Source: a virus
Lineage: Duplodnaviria > Caudoviricetes
Reading direction: 5' to 3' (one strand)
Length of the DNA: 64,000 bases
IMG/VR virus record: IMGVR_UViG_3300032007_000060
Span: 18,229 to 82,228 of that record
Shown: positions 9,875-20,057 of the stretch, piece after piece
Position numbering within the stretch: the stretch's first letter is position 1
Layout of the letters: each line of letters opens with the position of its first letter
The notes under the pieces: model-generated
The model's input: the letters and a program-made list of their open reading frames with translations, nothing else
Database searches by the model: none
What the model was told of the DNA's origin: nothing
Program-made: the position numbers and the translations under genes

Positions 9875-10240
9875 TCATTTTCCATCACTTCCATAGATAT
9901 GATTATTTCTTTTATTAGGAATCCTCTTAACACCTAATTTTTTACAGATTTCATCAACTTTATTCTGTTTCCAACCGGTGCGAACTAATTCATTCCTTAC
10001 TTTCTGTGCATCTTCTAAAGTAGCATATTTTCCAAAATAATATGTTGAACGCATTCTTTTCTTTTTAATATAGAATCCATTTGATTTTTCTTCAATGTAT
10101 TTACGTTCACTATCTGGATTAATGGTTTCAGGATAATTACTTTTGAATAGGGATTGGAGGTTGGTGCCATGTTTAACAAGACACTCTTCTAATCCCATTC
10201 CATCTCGTAAATCTTCTGTTATTTCAATTGGAATCATCAT
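9875..10240 (-). CDS. AP2-like DNA-binding protein
   Basis: FYIKKK...YFGKYATLEDAQKVRNEL..GW motif. Confidence 0.5.
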   Translation of the reverse strand: MMIPIEITEDLRDGMGLEECLVKHGTNLQSLFKSNYPETINPDSERKYIEEKSNGFYIKKKRMRSTYYFGKYATLEDAQKVRNELVRTGWKQNKVDEICKKLGVKRIPNKRNNHIYGSDGK

Positions 10241-10728
10241 TCTAAATCCCTATCCATCCAATCATCACAGTATCCAGTTAAACTAACAGTATCTTCATAT
10301 ACCCTACAGAATCCTTCAGTTTTATTATCCGAATCATTTTCACAATGCAAACATGTTTCACAGCAAGGCACATTACTTCTTGCAGCTTCTAAATGCAATG
10401 GATATTTTGTCATAGGAATCTGCCCATAACTGCAATCTTTATGATTATCACAGAATATTTGTGCTAATGTTTCATCATCAACAAATGCAACATGTTCCTC
10501 AGTTTCATCTAATTTTCTGGTGATCTCAAAAACTGGTACTTTTTTAGCTTCTTTAATGTTTCTGTTTTCTGCTCTTAATCTTCTGATTATTTTAACATAA
10601 TTGTTCATTTTACGTGTTAAAGTGTTAGCAACGTCTTTTGCAGGACAATAGTATGTTCTATCATTGATACTGTCCACTATGATATAGTGGTGGTTGTTTT
10701 CTAATTCAACCCAGTATTCTCCGCTCAT
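10237..10728 (-). CDS. hypothetical protein with C-terminal Cys cluster
   Basis: 163 aa, CCETCLHC...C...C. Confidence 0.55.
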   Translation of the reverse strand: MSGEYWVELENNHHYIIVDSINDRTYYCPAKDVANTLTRKMNNYVKIIRRLRAENRNIKEAKKVPVFEITRKLDETEEHVAFVDDETLAQIFCDNHKDCSYGQIPMTKYPLHLEAARSNVPCCETCLHCENDSDNKTEGFCRVYEDTVSLTGYCDDWMDRDLE

Positions 10729-11261
10729 TTTATCTCCTCTCCATATTTTGCTAATGTTTTCTCTACTTCTTCTTGTGTTGTTAAACCAAAGTGTTCATTA
10801 TACTTTATTTGTGCATCAATAAAGTTTCTTAACTCCAGTAATCTGATATCGTATAATTCTTTTGGCAATCCATAATGTGCATCAGTCATTAACTTTATTA
10901 AGGTTTGTAGTGTTATTTTAAGAGTAATATTCTGAACTTTGATTTCAGTAGGTTTTATTCCGGAAATATTTTCACCTATAACTAATTTTATTGGTAAAGT
11001 CATTCCCGCAAATCCATGAACATGCAATATATCACTAGCCATTGAATCTGCATCACTCCAATTAAATTTACCTGCTTTAACATATTTTTCATAATTACTT
11101 GCATAACATAAATGTGATACAAATTGGAATGGTTTCAGGATTAGATCATCACAATGATTATTCATACATTGAACAATATCTCCATGCTTTAAACATTTCA
11201 TATCACATTTATTCTTGTCTATAATTTCAGAATAAACACAATCATTACAACGATAAGTCAT
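10725..11261 (-). CDS. hypothetical protein with N-terminal Cys cluster
   Basis: 178 aa, CNDC...C..C. Confidence 0.55.
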   Translation of the reverse strand: MTYRCNDCVYSEIIDKNKCDMKCLKHGDIVQCMNNHCDDLILKPFQFVSHLCYASNYEKYVKAGKFNWSDADSMASDILHVHGFAGMTLPIKLVIGENISGIKPTEIKVQNITLKITLQTLIKLMTDAHYGLPKELYDIRLLELRNFIDAQIKYNEHFGLTTQEEVEKTLAKYGEEIK

Positions 11262-11589
11262 TCAACTCACTTCCTGCACATCCCTTTAAATTAAGCAAAA
11301 TTGGATAAACCTTTTTACCCATATCAGTTAATTTATATAATCTACCTTTACGTGCTTCCTCATTAATACAAACAACAAGTTCTTTCTCTTTTAATTCACC
11401 TAAAACTTTACTAACATGATTCTGTCTAAATCCAGCATGATATGCAATGAATTTAGGAGTCATTGCATTATTCTTAAACAATAATGCAAGTGTTCTTTCA
11501 CGATAACTTGAAATTAAAACATATGCTGCTAAACTCATTAACTCATCACTTGAATTATAATTCTGATTCAAAAATTCTGTTTTATTCAT
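11245..11589 (-). CDS. winged-helix transcription regulator (ArsR/MarR-like)
   Basis: MTPKFIA...QNHVSKVLGELKEKELV...RKGRLYKLTDMG. Confidence 0.75.
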   Translation of the reverse strand: MNKTEFLNQNYNSSDELMSLAAYVLISSYRERTLALLFKNNAMTPKFIAYHAGFRQNHVSKVLGELKEKELVVCINEEARKGRLYKLTDMGKKVYPILLNLKGCAGSELNDLSL

Positions 11590-11966
11590 GCTTCCATCTC
11601 TACTATTAAATCATAATCCCAATTACAAGCTAAACAGATATCTCTTTCATGTTGTGCATCTTTGAGTTTATCAAATGAACCGAAGTATTGTTGTTTACCA
11701 TCAATCTCTTTAATAACAAGGAATTTCCCTCCTTGTCTGCGGATATATTCTGTTGCTCTGAAACTTGGATTTGCATTCCAATTTTTACCCATGTAGTATG
11801 CTCTCCACATTCGTGCTTCTTCAAGTGTGATGAAACTACCCCAATATTGGAGCATTCCACCGATTCTTTTTCTTATTTCAAATCTCCTGTTCTTGTTATT
11901 TTGATAAATGTATGATGGGAGTTTTGTGAAAACTCCATCATAGTAAATGTATTTCACCATTCCCAT
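11586..11966 (-). CDS. protein with two tandem AP2-like repeats
   Basis: FEIRKRIGGMLQYWGSFITLEEA...W and FLVIKEIDGKQQYFGSFDKLKDA...W. Confidence 0.55.
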   Translation of the reverse strand: MGMVKYIYYDGVFTKLPSYIYQNNKNRRFEIRKRIGGMLQYWGSFITLEEARMWRAYYMGKNWNANPSFRATEYIRRQGGKFLVIKEIDGKQQYFGSFDKLKDAQHERDICLACNWDYDLIVEMEA

Positions 11967-12107
11967 AACCCCACTGTTATTGTGACTATTGGCAATATTT
12001 CACCATCATTTACAATATATTTGGATTTGTGTTTTGGACGAGGCAAATTAGAATTCATTAATTCTTTCATATTAACGTAGTAATCCTCATTTATCTCATC
12101 AGTAATG

Positions 12108-12410
12108 TTATTGTTCTTTAAAATGGAATTTCCAATATTCCTTAGATTCTTCATTTGGAATAATGACTTCCTTATGAAAGATACGAATACATTTGATACC
12201 AAATTCATTTTCAAAATCTCCTAAATATTTCTCAAATTCTTTTGTAGTTGAAATAATAACTAAATCTAATGTTATACTGTCACTTAATTCAACTGGTTGT
12301 AATAAACGGAGATTATGTTTATCAAACCATTCAGTTACTGCTGTTTTGAATTTTAATTCTTTACTGAATACTTCAGTTTTACTATTTAAGTAGTCATGAT
12401 ATAAACTCAT
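12108..12410 (-). CDS. hypothetical protein
   Basis: 100-aa ORF with GGAG RBS. Confidence 0.55.
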   Translation of the reverse strand: MSLYHDYLNSKTEVFSKELKFKTAVTEWFDKHNLRLLQPVELSDSITLDLVIISTTKEFEKYLGDFENEFGIKCIRIFHKEVIIPNEESKEYWKFHFKEQ

Positions 12411-12433
12411 AAAATAACATTCCTCCTTTCCTT

Positions 12434-13060
12434 TTATCGTCTGTGTTTTTTAAATTTAATCACATCATCAATTGCAAGTAATTCCATTAACCCTTTTTCA
12501 CGATCACCAATTGCAGCTTCACTTAATTTCTGATGAACCTCCCGTGTAATTCTTACATGTGAATTGTTCGGACTGCAATCTTTCAAAGCATTATAAAATT
12601 TAACAGTACAAGGTAATGTATCTGTGAAACAATGCTCTCTGATAGTTACATCTAACCAGATAGTGTTCATTTTACCTGTACTTGTAAATTCAACAACTTT
12701 CATATCATCATATTCCAAATTACGGTAATCTTTCCATCCAGCAGGTTTGTAAATATAAATCCATTTTTCATTAAACCCATCACCATAATTATTCTCAGTT
12801 TTAACACTTCTTTTTTGAATGCAATCTAATACTCCATTAAATTTTTTACAGAACTTGTCATGCCATTCACGTGTCCAGCTATTTTCTCCAGGAATTTCAA
12901 CTTCCAAATAGAAATTATAACCATGATACGCTGCTCTTGCTTGAATTGTTATGGAAATACAAGTTGGTTCAGCATCAATTGCATTCCAAAATTCATGTTC
13001 AAAACTTTGAACTTCATCATGCAATTTCCTGATTAGATCATTAAGATTAGTGAGAGTCAT
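12434..13060 (-). CDS. hypothetical protein
   Basis: 208-aa ORF. Confidence 0.6.
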   Translation of the reverse strand: MTLTNLNDLIRKLHDEVQSFEHEFWNAIDAEPTCISITIQARAAYHGYNFYLEVEIPGENSWTREWHDKFCKKFNGVLDCIQKRSVKTENNYGDGFNEKWIYIYKPAGWKDYRNLEYDDMKVVEFTSTGKMNTIWLDVTIREHCFTDTLPCTVKFYNALKDCSPNNSHVRITREVHQKLSEAAIGDREKGLMELLAIDDVIKFKKHRR

Positions 13061-13172
13061 TTCTTTTCTCCATTATCATACATGCCACAGTTATCAAGAG
13101 GTTCTACTAATTCATCCATTAATATACAATATTTCGGATTTTGATAGTGTCCACAAGTTTCGCAACATTCAA

Positions 13173-13775
13173 TCATTCTTTCACTTCCTTAAGAATGGTT
13201 TTAGTATGAATTAACTGTTTCAAAAAAGATATTCTTCGTTTAATATAATCAATACTCCATTCTAATTTTTTAAGTTCAAGAGATTCATCTGCCAAAGAAT
13301 CTTTAACATATTTCTTACGGGTTTTATCATTGTTGCCACCGTATTTTTCTTTAATGACATCATAGTCAGTTTCAGCTTTTTCCTTTGCTGCATCTTCCAA
13401 TAATTTTTCAGAAGATGTATTATAAGCTTCTTTTTTATTGTACAATTCAATTTCTTTACGGGATAATTCTGTGACAAGTCTGCTCCATTCATTTAAGTTT
13501 TCCATGATTGGAGCATATTCATCACTTAATCCATCAAAGAGTATTGTTACATGTTTTACCATGTTGCCGTTATTGTCTTCGATATAATCTACTTTAACGC
13601 TGCTTGCTTCGTCTTGATAGTATGGGTTTTGAACCCATACCATTACATCATCGCATTTACTGTCAAGTAATGCGTCTTTTAAAACTTCAAAACTCATAGT
13701 TTTATACTCCTTTTTCCTCTTCTTTTTTAGGTTCAGATTCAAATAGATTGATTCTGCGACCAAAGTATTTTCCAT
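13173..13775 (-). CDS. hypothetical protein
   Basis: ORF; true start probably the downstream MSFEV. Confidence 0.55.
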   Translation of the reverse strand: MENTLVAESIYLNLNLKKKRKKEYKTMSFEVLKDALLDSKCDDVMVWVQNPYYQDEASSVKVDYIEDNNGNMVKHVTILFDGLSDEYAPIMENLNEWSRLVTELSRKEIELYNKKEAYNTSSEKLLEDAAKEKAETDYDVIKEKYGGNNDKTRKKYVKDSLADESLELKKLEWSIDYIKRRISFLKQLIHTKTILKEVKE

Positions 13776-14073
13776 TATCTAATTCAAACCAAGGGTCTGA
13801 TGGTTTGGCCATGATTGGTTTGATGAAATTCGGCCTTTCATTTCCTTTAAATTTAACCTGCACATATTCTGTTTCAAGTATATTAAACCCAGGCACATCT
13901 AATAATTCTAACAATCTTGGAATTTTCACTGGATTCATATCAACAACGGCAACTCCGCCAGTAGCTAATTTTAATTCCATTCTTACAATGAAATTAGGCA
14001 TATCTGCAGCAATTGTGAAAAATCCAAGTAAACAACTTTCTATTCTTGCATTACAAATTGTTTCATTTTCCAT
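13702..14073 (-). CDS. hypothetical protein
   Basis: 123-aa ORF with RBS. Confidence 0.55.
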   Translation of the reverse strand: MENETICNARIESCLLGFFTIAADMPNFIVRMELKLATGGVAVVDMNPVKIPRLLELLDVPGFNILETEYVQVKFKGNERPNFIKPIMAKPSDPWFELDNGKYFGRRINLFESEPKKEEEKGV

Positions 14074-14377
14074 TAGTTAACATCCTCCTTTTTACTTCAG
14101 TATCTGCTAATAATGTGCCGATTGTTTCCCTTTCAAAAATATCCTCAGGATACACGTAGATATCAAGGAATAATTTTTGCAATGCTTTTGCAATTTTTTC
14201 ATCAGCAGCATTATTGATATGAACAAGAATTGTTCTTTTAATATCTACTTCGTTAATTTTCCTTTCAAAGTTTAATTTCTGTTTTAAATAGGAAATTTCA
14301 TCTTTTTGACTCATAGTAATCCCCCAATATGTAAAATATTCAAAATACAGATAATTATTAACATAGCAGTAACGCAC
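14063..14377 (-). CDS. hypothetical protein
   Basis: probable start MSQKD. Confidence 0.5.
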   Translation of the reverse strand: MRYCYVNNYLYFEYFTYWGITMSQKDEISYLKQKLNFERKINEVDIKRTILVHINNAADEKIAKALQKLFLDIYVYPEDIFERETIGTLLADTEVKRRMLTNGK

Positions 14378-14847
14378 AAAAAGATAGTGGCAAATATATC
14401 CGCATACCTATTGAAAAATGAATTTTCATGTTTCATTTCCATTCTTTCAATACATAACTCCACTTTTTCTTTTAAGGTACGTTCATCATCTTTTGTGATT
14501 ATTTCACGAAACTCTTTTGGTGTTTCATCTCCTAAAATGACTAATAATTCTCTTGGAGCATTTTCCATGTATTTTTTAGCATCACGTGCAAATACTATGA
14601 AACTTCTGCAACCTAAACCATCAAATAAATCAAAATTATTGTCTTTATCAGGTGAAACTAATACTACTTCTTCAAGGTCGTTTGTTGGGTTATAGCTGAT
14701 GATTCCGTAGTATCCTGTTGTGAATTTTACCATTTTGAATGTTAGTTCAGGGTCCATGTTTTGTGTTTCAACAACTTCATAATCTGTCGGATCATATTCA
14801 ATATTCTCAATTTGATTCATAGTCATATGGATCAACTCCTTTAACAT
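14311..14847 (-). CDS. C-terminally membrane-anchored protein
   Basis: hydrophobic tail IFATIFLCVTAMLIIICILNIL. Confidence 0.55.
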   Translation of the reverse strand: MLKELIHMTMNQIENIEYDPTDYEVVETQNMDPELTFKMVKFTTGYYGIISYNPTNDLEEVVLVSPDKDNNFDLFDGLGCRSFIVFARDAKKYMENAPRELLVILGDETPKEFREIITKDDERTLKEKVELCIERMEMKHENSFFNRYADIFATIFLCVTAMLIIICILNILHIGGLL

Positions 14848-15133
14848 GATACTTCGGAACTTCTTTTAATTCAAAAAAGTCATAATCCTTGATTAAAACT
14901 TCTTTAATAGCTTTGAGTAAATCATCATCGATTGCATATTCCCATATGCTTTTAACTCCATCAACAGTATCCATAACTTCATGGTTTTGGCTTGTTGACC
15001 TGATTAAGTCACGTCTTATTCTATAACATAGCTCATCAAATTCGTCTTCTGTGATTTTTGTTTTGTGTCCGAGCAGGTGTCTTCTGTTTTCATAGAAATC
15101 ACCACTCCACAAACAATAAATGAACATTTTCAA
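14807..15133 (-). CDS. hypothetical protein
   Basis: 108-aa ORF. Confidence 0.55.
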   Translation of the reverse strand: MKMFIYCLWSGDFYENRRHLLGHKTKITEDEFDELCYRIRRDLIRSTSQNHEVMDTVDGVKSIWEYAIDDDLLKAIKEVLIKDYDFFELKEVPKYHVKGVDPYDYESN

Positions 15134-15153
15134 TCACCTCAAAAAGCAGAAGA

Positions 15154-15882
15154 TTATTTAGCTTCCTCCAATAATTCTTCAAAAATGTTTTCCCTGGGTT
15201 TAACTGGTTGCCAGTTTAATCTTTCGTGGAGAATTCTGATTTCATTATTTTTCTTTTCAATGGTTTCATCCATTAGAGATACTCTTTTATGTAACGCTTT
15301 GTTATCTCGTTTAAGCTCACGATTTTCTTTTTCGAGTTCCCTATTTTCAACTACAATCTCTTCTTTTTTAATATTAAGTTGTTTATTTTTTGAAATGTTT
15401 AATTTAGCAATTTCCTCTTGAAGTTTTGATTGCTCATTATGATGTTTTAATTGCAATACTGAAATCTCATGGTCTTTATCTTTAATCACTTTATTTAATG
15501 ACTTAATTTGACCATTCTTCTTGTTGATAGTATTGTTCATTTTTTGGATTGTTTTGTCTTGTCGGTTTACTGTAAATTTCAATGAAGAAATTTCATTTTC
15601 TAAAGGAGATATGTCTTGTTTAGGATTAAACTCTGCAGAATTCATATATTCAAAGCATTTATCAATTTCCTTGTTAATACCTTGTAATGTAAGTTTTGCA
15701 GTGACATAACTAGCAGTAGCTTCCTTTTTCCTTTGTTCTAACTCTTTTAATCGGTCATCAAAATACCCTTGTTGCATCATATTATTCCTCTTGATATTCT
15801 TTTGATTCAGAAAATTTGTCATAAGCTTTATGTAACCTTTCGAAATATTTTTCAGTATATGAATAATCCACATTATTTTCAA
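15154..15882 (-). CDS. long coiled-coil protein
   Basis: heptad-rich; true start probably MMQQG. Confidence 0.55.
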   Translation of the reverse strand: MKIMWIIHILKNISKGYIKLMTNFLNQKNIKRNNMMQQGYFDDRLKELEQRKKEATASYVTAKLTLQGINKEIDKCFEYMNSAEFNPKQDISPLENEISSLKFTVNRQDKTIQKMNNTINKKNGQIKSLNKVIKDKDHEISVLQLKHHNEQSKLQEEIAKLNISKNKQLNIKKEEIVVENRELEKENRELKRDNKALHKRVSLMDETIEKKNNEIRILHERLNWQPVKPRENIFEELLEEAK

Positions 15883-16150
15883 TTAAAACAATTACTTGAG
15901 ATGCAATCTCACAACACTCTTCAATATCCCTTGCATCAATTTCTAATTGTATCACAGAACTTTTCCAAAAGATACACCTAACATAAGGATAACCATGGTT
16001 ACATTCCTCCACAGTAATATCATAATCCCATTCAGGATGTTTTTGTTGAAATTTTTCTTCAATCATTTTTAAAATCCTCCTTTTTAAAAAAAATAATGAA
16101 GAAATTTTATAATTTCTCCAATTCATCAACAAAATAATCCACAAAATCAA
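15782..16150 (-). CDS. hypothetical protein
   Basis: probable start MIEEK. Confidence 0.5.
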   Translation of the reverse strand: MILWIILLMNWRNYKISSLFFLKRRILKMIEEKFQQKHPEWDYDITVEECNHGYPYVRCIFWKSSVIQLEIDARDIEECCEIASQVIVLIENNVDYSYTEKYFERLHKAYDKFSESKEYQEE

Positions 16151-16727
16151 ATAACTCCTTTTTTAAATCTTCAATAGACTTGTTATCCAATTTTGGAATT
16201 TCACAAATTTCATGAGGCAATCTTATTTTAGGTTTACGAGTTAAACTTAATCTCACATAATTACCCCATTTATCATATGCCCTGATAGTATTCCTTGCCA
16301 CTTTCATTGCAGATTCAACATCAATAAAAGTTCTACCTAAATCTGCAATCACTCCATTATCATTAATAGGAACATAAATCCCTTTTTCAGATTTAATACA
16401 TCTAACTTCTGCAGTAACTTTTCCATCTTTAGAAGTAAATTTCATTTCAGTGTCCACTTCATTAGATTCATTTATTTTAAAATATTTTTCTGCATCTGCA
16501 ATATTTAAAATAAAATACTCATTTTCAAAAGCTTTTTCAAATTCTTCTTGAGTATCATACTGCCCTTTGAAAAAAGATTTTTTATATCCTTTGTGAGATA
16601 TTTCAATTCTAAATTTTCCGTTTTTTTCTTCTAAACCATATAATCTGAATCCATTAATATATTCAGTAATGGTTTTTCTTTTACTGTCAGTCCTTACAGA
16701 TTTATAATTAAATTCCATTTTTTTCAC
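16107..16727 (-). CDS. hypothetical protein
   Basis: 206-aa ORF with GAGGTG RBS. Confidence 0.6.
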   Translation of the reverse strand: MKKMEFNYKSVRTDSKRKTITEYINGFRLYGLEEKNGKFRIEISHKGYKKSFFKGQYDTQEEFEKAFENEYFILNIADAEKYFKINESNEVDTEMKFTSKDGKVTAEVRCIKSEKGIYVPINDNGVIADLGRTFIDVESAMKVARNTIRAYDKWGNYVRLSLTRKPKIRLPHEICEIPKLDNKSIEDLKKELFDFVDYFVDELEKL

Positions 16728-16764
16728 CTCAATTTGTATAATGTTTAGACTTCTCTAAACTAAA

Positions 16765-17163
16765 TTAAAATCCTCCTTTTTTTGTTTTTAACTCATGTAA
16801 ATCCCTATAAGATTTACTAATACTCTTCTTAATCACCGCTCTTCTAACCCTATTCTCCTTAGGATTAAAACCAACATAAAACTCCGAATAATCCTTATCT
16901 GGAAACTCCTTCTTTAACTCCATTGCATCATCATAAATCCTTTCCAACTTATTCACATAATCACGCTCCCACCTGATTTTACCTTTCAAATATTGGAAAT
17001 CTTCATTTAACACACAATGATCCGGATGTGTGCAGAGGTCATGACCACTTCCAGGACAATAATAACAAGTGAACTCATCAACATGTTTATTGTGAATCCT
17101 ATCCCATTTGCTCTGGGAAATTTCCTTGTTAATTTTTTTGTAGTCAATCATGCTGCATACCAT
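16765..17163 (-). CDS. hypothetical protein with Cys/His cluster
   Basis: CYYCPGSGHDLCTHPDHC. Confidence 0.55.
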   Translation of the reverse strand: MVCSMIDYKKINKEISQSKWDRIHNKHVDEFTCYYCPGSGHDLCTHPDHCVLNEDFQYLKGKIRWERDYVNKLERIYDDAMELKKEFPDKDYSEFYVGFNPKENRVRRAVIKKSISKSYRDLHELKTKKGGF

Positions 17164-17179
17164 CCTAAAAAAAATTTCA

Positions 17180-17656
17180 TTGCCAGTTCATTGCCAAAAA
17201 AATTTGGCAATAAGAATCTCTCTTTAAATTGTTTAGTTTTGCAAAATAAGCCCAATGAAACCTTGTTTAAAAATTGGTAATTTTTCATTGCCAAAATGAA
17301 TTTTTCATTGCCAAAATAAAACCAAGACTTCACAAGACATTACAAGCCAAACCAAACATTCACAAAGCTTATTCAAATTTTGATTGCCACATTGCCAAAA
17401 ACATGTACATGAAATAAAAGAAGTTAATTCAAATTCATTAGCTTCCAAAATTCAATGACATTTTGGCAATGAAAAAAATATCAAAAATTGAATAAACTCA
17501 TATCACTCCCCTTTCACAAAATAAACCATTTTCCATGCTTTTCTTTATTGCCATTTTTAATTGGCAATGAAAAACAGGTTTTGGCAATTTGGCAATGAAA
17601 CAAAAAAACCATGAAAACAATACTAAAATTCATCATAAACCCCTCGTTTATTGCCA
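17180..17656. repeat. iteron-like repeat cluster, putative replication origin
   Basis: 13 copies of TTGCCA/TGGCAA (consensus TTCATTGCCAAAA) in both orientations within ~480 bp, immediately downstream of the helicase gene. Confidence 0.7.
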
Positions 17657-17665
17657 CTACCAAAA

Positions 17666-19414
17666 CTACTCCTTATCATAATCCAACCAAAAAGGTTTAA
17701 GAACATCATCACTCTGATTTAAAATACTACACTCCTCATCAACAATAACATCATTTAAAACAATATAATCCACAATATCAGATGGATATTCATACTCTAA
17801 ACGACGCTTACCAGCATCAGATAAAACCAGCATCTCATTCTGATGAACCTCATCAACATGTTCCACCAGAGCATACATGTTACTCTTACCATGTTTACCA
17901 ACAACTTTCAAAAAACCTTCCTGATTTAACTCAGTGAAATAACGATACAATGATCTCTTGGCAATATTGACATTACCCTCTTCAATATAATCATTAATAG
18001 TAAATCCAAAATCTTCACCAGAATCAAACTTATAACTTGAATCTGCTTGATAAATCCATTCATGACTATTTTCAACAATATCATCAAGTAATTCAGCTGC
18101 TTTCTTAGATAAATTCCTTGTAATACTAGCCATATACGGCCTAAGTAATGTAACAAAGTACTGTAAATCTTCAGGACTAGTGAAAATAACTTTTTCACCA
18201 TTAATCTCATGAACTTCACGATTAGTACTATTAAAAGCAGTAATAACTTTCAATATCCCATTATACTTATCATAATCCCTTTTATAATATTCAGATGCGC
18301 CAATCAAATTCAATATAGCATCAGAATAAGGATTAACAATATTAATATCACTAAATTTATATCTTAAACCAAGAACCATTTTTTGAATATCTGTTTTAAA
18401 ACTAAGCATAGATTGATATATTTGTTCTGTTTTACCCCCTTTTAACTCCAAATAAGATTTACGAGCATTAAACACTGCTCTATTATCAGTTCTAGGTGTG
18501 AAAATAAAACTACGAGATAACTCCTGACTATCAAAGTTATAATTTGGAACAGTAGTGTAAGTTAAACAAGGAAAACCTTTCAATATTAGATCAACAACTT
18601 GGAATTCCCCATCCACTTTTATTGTAATAGGCCTTGCCAAGTAACCGTCAGTCTGTAACTCTTTCAGAAGATTTTTTGTATCTTCAACCTCATCCTGGTC
18701 ACTATTACCTCCAAGGTCCCCATATACTACAATTTTACCATCATAATATCTTTGATTTTCTTCAGCACGACGGAACATAGAAGCCATAGTAGGTTTCTTC
18801 TCATATCTAATGAAATCTTCAGGAATCATAGATAAAGCTACATTCTCAATATGAGTTTTCCCACTACTACCATCACCTAAACCAATAACACTAATCGGAT
18901 TTTTTAGGATAACTTGACTACAATAACATAAGAAAGTAATCATGATATTAGTTCTTTCACCAGCAGTATACCAGTCAACTAATGACGCTGTATAAATCAA
19001 AGGCCTATATTGCTTATTGAAGATTTCTAAACCTTCCTCATAAGCTTGTTTGTTCTGAGCTAACTCTTCTTGTTCATTCTGTTTTTGAGTTTCAATTTCA
19101 ACTTCAACATATTCATCAACAAAACTGTTCATTGCAACTTTCAGATCATCAAACAATTTGGTGACACCCAATTTGTTTAATGTTCCATCAGGGTTTAAGT
19201 GTTTCTTGATTTCAACTCCAACAGTTGACCTTTCAGTTATGCTTAATGGTGTTTCACCTTTTAATTCATTGATTAACTTCTTATCCTCATTAAAAAAGTC
19301 ATATATACATCCTTTCTTAAAAGGAACTGGTTTAACTGTAAAACCATCAGCTAATTTAATCCCATAGTCAAGACTCCATAATGATTCAACTTCAGGTGCA
19401 GCTCCTAATCCCAT
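17666..19414 (-). CDS. replicative AAA+ helicase / initiator (MCM-like P-loop, C-terminal wHTH)
   Basis: Walker A GDGSSGKT, Walker B-like IVVYGD, ELSRSF arginine-finger-like motif, C-terminal KRSLYRYFTELNQEGFL helix. Confidence 0.65.
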   Translation of the reverse strand: MGLGAAPEVESLWSLDYGIKLADGFTVKPVPFKKGCIYDFFNEDKKLINELKGETPLSITERSTVGVEIKKHLNPDGTLNKLGVTKLFDDLKVAMNSFVDEYVEVEIETQKQNEQEELAQNKQAYEEGLEIFNKQYRPLIYTASLVDWYTAGERTNIMITFLCYCSQVILKNPISVIGLGDGSSGKTHIENVALSMIPEDFIRYEKKPTMASMFRRAEENQRYYDGKIVVYGDLGGNSDQDEVEDTKNLLKELQTDGYLARPITIKVDGEFQVVDLILKGFPCLTYTTVPNYNFDSQELSRSFIFTPRTDNRAVFNARKSYLELKGGKTEQIYQSMLSFKTDIQKMVLGLRYKFSDINIVNPYSDAILNLIGASEYYKRDYDKYNGILKVITAFNSTNREVHEINGEKVIFTSPEDLQYFVTLLRPYMASITRNLSKKAAELLDDIVENSHEWIYQADSSYKFDSGEDFGFTINDYIEEGNVNIAKRSLYRYFTELNQEGFLKVVGKHGKSNMYALVEHVDEVHQNEMLVLSDAGKRRLEYEYPSDIVDYIVLNDVIVDEECSILNQSDDVLKPFWLDYDKE

Positions 19415-19463
19415 AGTTTTTCACCCCCTGGTCCAGTTGATAAAAAATGTTAATCACCAACAT

Positions 19464-20024
19464 TTATTGAATGCTGGTGATTTTGAAAGTAGGATACTCA
19501 CTATCAGGAACCTCAACCTGTTCAACACTAACCCTTTTACCTTCAATGAATTCTGCAACATTTTTCAAGTTAATTTTCTTAATAATGTTAATTTCATTAC
19601 CAGTTTTAGGGTCGATGAGACTTTTAGGGTCAACAATCATCATAATGCCGGTTACAAAATTCCAGCAGTTACGGTGGAAGTCAAATCTTTCATTTGGTTT
19701 TTGAATACGTGTGCAAATACCATTGTCTGAAAATTTAGGACAGTTTAAGTAAATGTCTAAGAATTCTCCAACTTCCACTTCATCATCAACCATTTTTGGT
19801 TCAACATGTTCATCAATTAAACGTACTCTGATTTGACTGTATTTTTTGACTACCTCTTTTCCATTGTTGTCTGTTTTAGTGACTACTGGGAAAAATTCAA
19901 TATCTGCTTCACCGCTGAATGATTGTCCTTCTACCATATCAGAGAGGTAGTATCTTTTGTAGTCTTCTAAGTCATTTTCTTCTGTTCCTGTTTCCATTCC
20001 AAACATTTTGTTTAAGTCTGTCAT
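19464..20024 (-). CDS. putative single-stranded DNA-binding protein
   Basis: beta-rich, aromatic residues, lies between annealing-like and helicase genes; inferred from context. Confidence 0.35.
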   Translation of the reverse strand: MTDLNKMFGMETGTEENDLEDYKRYYLSDMVEGQSFSGEADIEFFPVVTKTDNNGKEVVKKYSQIRVRLIDEHVEPKMVDDEVEVGEFLDIYLNCPKFSDNGICTRIQKPNERFDFHRNCWNFVTGIMMIVDPKSLIDPKTGNEINIIKKINLKNVAEFIEGKRVSVEQVEVPDSEYPTFKITSIQ

Positions 20025-20057
20025 TTTAAATCATCTCATTTTTTATTTAATTTTTTT

